Source of the DNA: Malacoraja senta
Lineage: Eukaryota
Assembly (NCBI GenBank): GCA_038087875.1
Contig: CM075993.1
Span: 558,001 to 622,000 of the forward strand
DNA: 64,000 nucleotides
Direction of reading: 5' to 3'
Shown here: positions 62,413-64,000 of the stretch, in pieces
How positions within the stretch are numbered: the stretch's first letter is position 1
Layout: the number at the start of each line of letters is the position of its first letter
Position numbers and translations under genes: made by a program
Notes under the pieces: generated by a model
Database searches by the model: none
What the model was told of the DNA's origin: nothing
The model's input: the letters and a program-made list of their open reading frames with translations, nothing else

Positions 62413-62440
62413 CTGAAGAAGGGTTTCGGCCCGAAACGTT
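62413..62440 (+). ncRNA. Minimal type I hammerhead ribozyme-like core in the PLE pLTR (sense to NEO1)
   Basis: CUGAAGA-A-GGGU(UUCG)GCCC-GAAAC-GUU. Both conserved core boxes are present, helix II is 4 bp with a UUCG loop, and helix III is the palindrome ACGU. Helix I looks only about 2 bp. Confidence 0.6.
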
Positions 62441-62833
62441 GCCTATTTCCTTCGCTCCATAGATGCTGCTGCACCCGCTGAGTTTCTCCAGCATTTATGT
62501 GTACCTTCGATTTTCCAGCATCTGCAGTTCCTTCTTTAACACTGTGTTGAGGTAGATTGGAAGATCGGAACTACACCCTAGCTTACGTATGTAGTCTGGT
62601 AACAGCAAGGTAGAAACTGTTCCTGAATCTGCATGATACGTGACTTCATGCTTTCGTACCTTCTGCCCAGTGGAGAACAGGGAATGAATGGTGCCTTATT
62701 ATATTGTGCCTAAGAGTGGTGTTGATTGCATGCAGATCCTTCTCCTCATTCTCGCTGACGTGCCACGGTGCAGCTCCACACATCTCTCAGTCCCCCAGAT
62801 CACAGTGGCACGACAGGGAGCTGGTGCCCTGCT

Positions 62834-62889
62834 CACACACTAACAGTCACACACTAACAGCTCACACACTAACAGTCACACACTAACAG
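62834..62889. repeat. Short tandem repeat (cacacactaacag[t/ct]) x4
   Basis: Directly visible 14-15-bp units. Confidence 0.9.
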
Positions 62890-63577
62890 CACCCCCAGAC
62901 AGTGGAACAGGTGAATCTGGGGCAGTGCACCAAAGCTGTGGGAGGCAAGTAACAGGTACCAAGGGGCTTAAGCCCTAACTCCCCTGAGGTCAGGGAACAG
63001 CGCAAGCTAGGTCCCTAATGTAAAATCTCCCTGGCTTGTATCATTCAGCATCTGACTGAATATGCCAGACGAGCCATTGGAAATGCTGCCTATGATCATA
63101 TTTACCAGCTATGTCAGGCATTAACAGTATACCATGATATTAATTTGACAAGTCTGTGTACCTCATGTCAATGTGAGTCATGTTGCTCGTACCATTGAGC
63201 TGTCAGTCGGTGTACAGTCATTTACTGTATTTAGGAACGTGAATATGAGTGCAATAAATACTGTGTGTTTGAGCTTTGTTTTATTACTAAAAATAGAAAG
63301 GAATGTCAGAAAAGCATTGTTCTCAGAGGAGAGGTAGTGTAAAGTGTAACCAGAACACTGAGTGGAGATAAATCTCACCCCGTTCATACGTCATCCCTGT
63401 ATTGATTTGCTGTTCACTTCCATTTATATATTGCTGTGTATTGATTAGCTGTTCCAATATCCATTCCTGGAGCTACAATCCTCAGGCTGTCTTTATCAGT
63501 GGTGATTCTAGTGCTCCTTGTCCAAGGGGAGATCATTATTAAAGCTCAGACAGAGGGAGTAGGTGAAGCAGGAAGCA

Positions 63578-63766
63578 ATAGACAACAGGTGCAGGAGTAG
63601 GCCATTCGGCCCTTCTAGCCAGCACCGCCATTCACTGTGATCATGGCTGATCATCCACAATCAAGTACCCCGTTCCTGCCTTCTCCCCATATCCCCTGAC
63701 TCCGCTATCTTTGAGCCCTATCTGGCTCTCTCTTGAAAGCATTCGGAGAATTGGCCTCCACTGCTT
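63578..63766 (-). mobile_element. Young CR1/HER1-like LINE 3' UTR fragment
   Basis: caatagacaacaggtgcaggagtaggccattcggccctt...atcatggctgatc; same family as fragments at ~6780, ~23085 and ~26960. Confidence 0.8.
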
Positions 63767-64000
63767 TGTTCAAAGATTAACCAGAGATGCCTTAATTACA
63801 ACCATCATCATGAATGGACAGTGGTGGTAGTTGCCACAGGGAAGTCATTGCAGGAGTTCTCACCACCCCTACGCAGCGACTGTTATGGAGAAACGTTTTT
63901 TAGCTTGGTACGGATTTGAAATATTACTGCAAAATTTGAAAGCTTGTGATATTAGTTTGTTTACAGAGAAACAGAAAGAAGCCAATAGAGGTATTTTGAC

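Larger units (their letters stand above)
61203..62541. mobile_element. Penelope-like retroelement (Neptune-type), 5'-truncated, with an inverted pLTR and 14-bp TSD
   Basis: Minus-strand ORF remnant has a Cys-rich linker (FPCNRKRCNTC) and a GIY-YIG-like motif (NLIYCIRCSRCQLIYIS/GET), frameshifted near 61645; it continues as HFNSPSH...RKLEEMHLIFRLGSLHPGGMN. Arms ~61201-61539 and ~62168-62506 are inverted repeats. Direct repeat CTGTGTTGAGGTAG at 61189-61202 and 62542-62555. Confidence 0.92.

Overview
Vertebrate genomic DNA, most likely a cartilaginous fish (skate/ray); this is inferred from the repeat content: HE1/V-SINE-like SINEs, CR1/HER1-like LINEs, Deu-domain SINE relics and abundant Penelope pLTR derivatives. 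The window covers part of neogenin (NEO1, DCC/neogenin family) on the + strand. Six internal coding exons (apparent exons 2-7: 24231-24548, 52028-52303, 52838-52988, 55044/55047-55183, 58376-58530, 59824-59944) splice in frame with canonical GT-AG sites and encode all four Ig domains. No signal-peptide or FNIII exon was found, so these are presumably outside the window. The rest is read as intron, rich in transposable elements, with one 206-N assembly gap. The most interesting system is a Penelope-like retroelement (PLE) family. One 1.34-kb insertion (61203-62541) carries a Cys-rich linker plus GIY-YIG coding remnant, inverted pLTR arms and a 14-bp TSD. About ten miniature TSD-flanked derivatives occur elsewhere, many of them fold-back. 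The pLTRs carry a minimal hammerhead-ribozyme-like core (CUGAAGA-N-helix II-GAAACGUH) in both orientations within the NEO1 pre-mRNA. Other notable points: an in-frame NAGNAG acceptor at exon 5, near-perfect RFX X-boxes in intronic unique sequence, inverted SINE pairs bracketing exons, and a CpG-rich MITE with a duplicated terminus. Almost all ORF-track entries are spurious or TE-derived. Comparisons with human proteins and TE families are from memory, not from a search.
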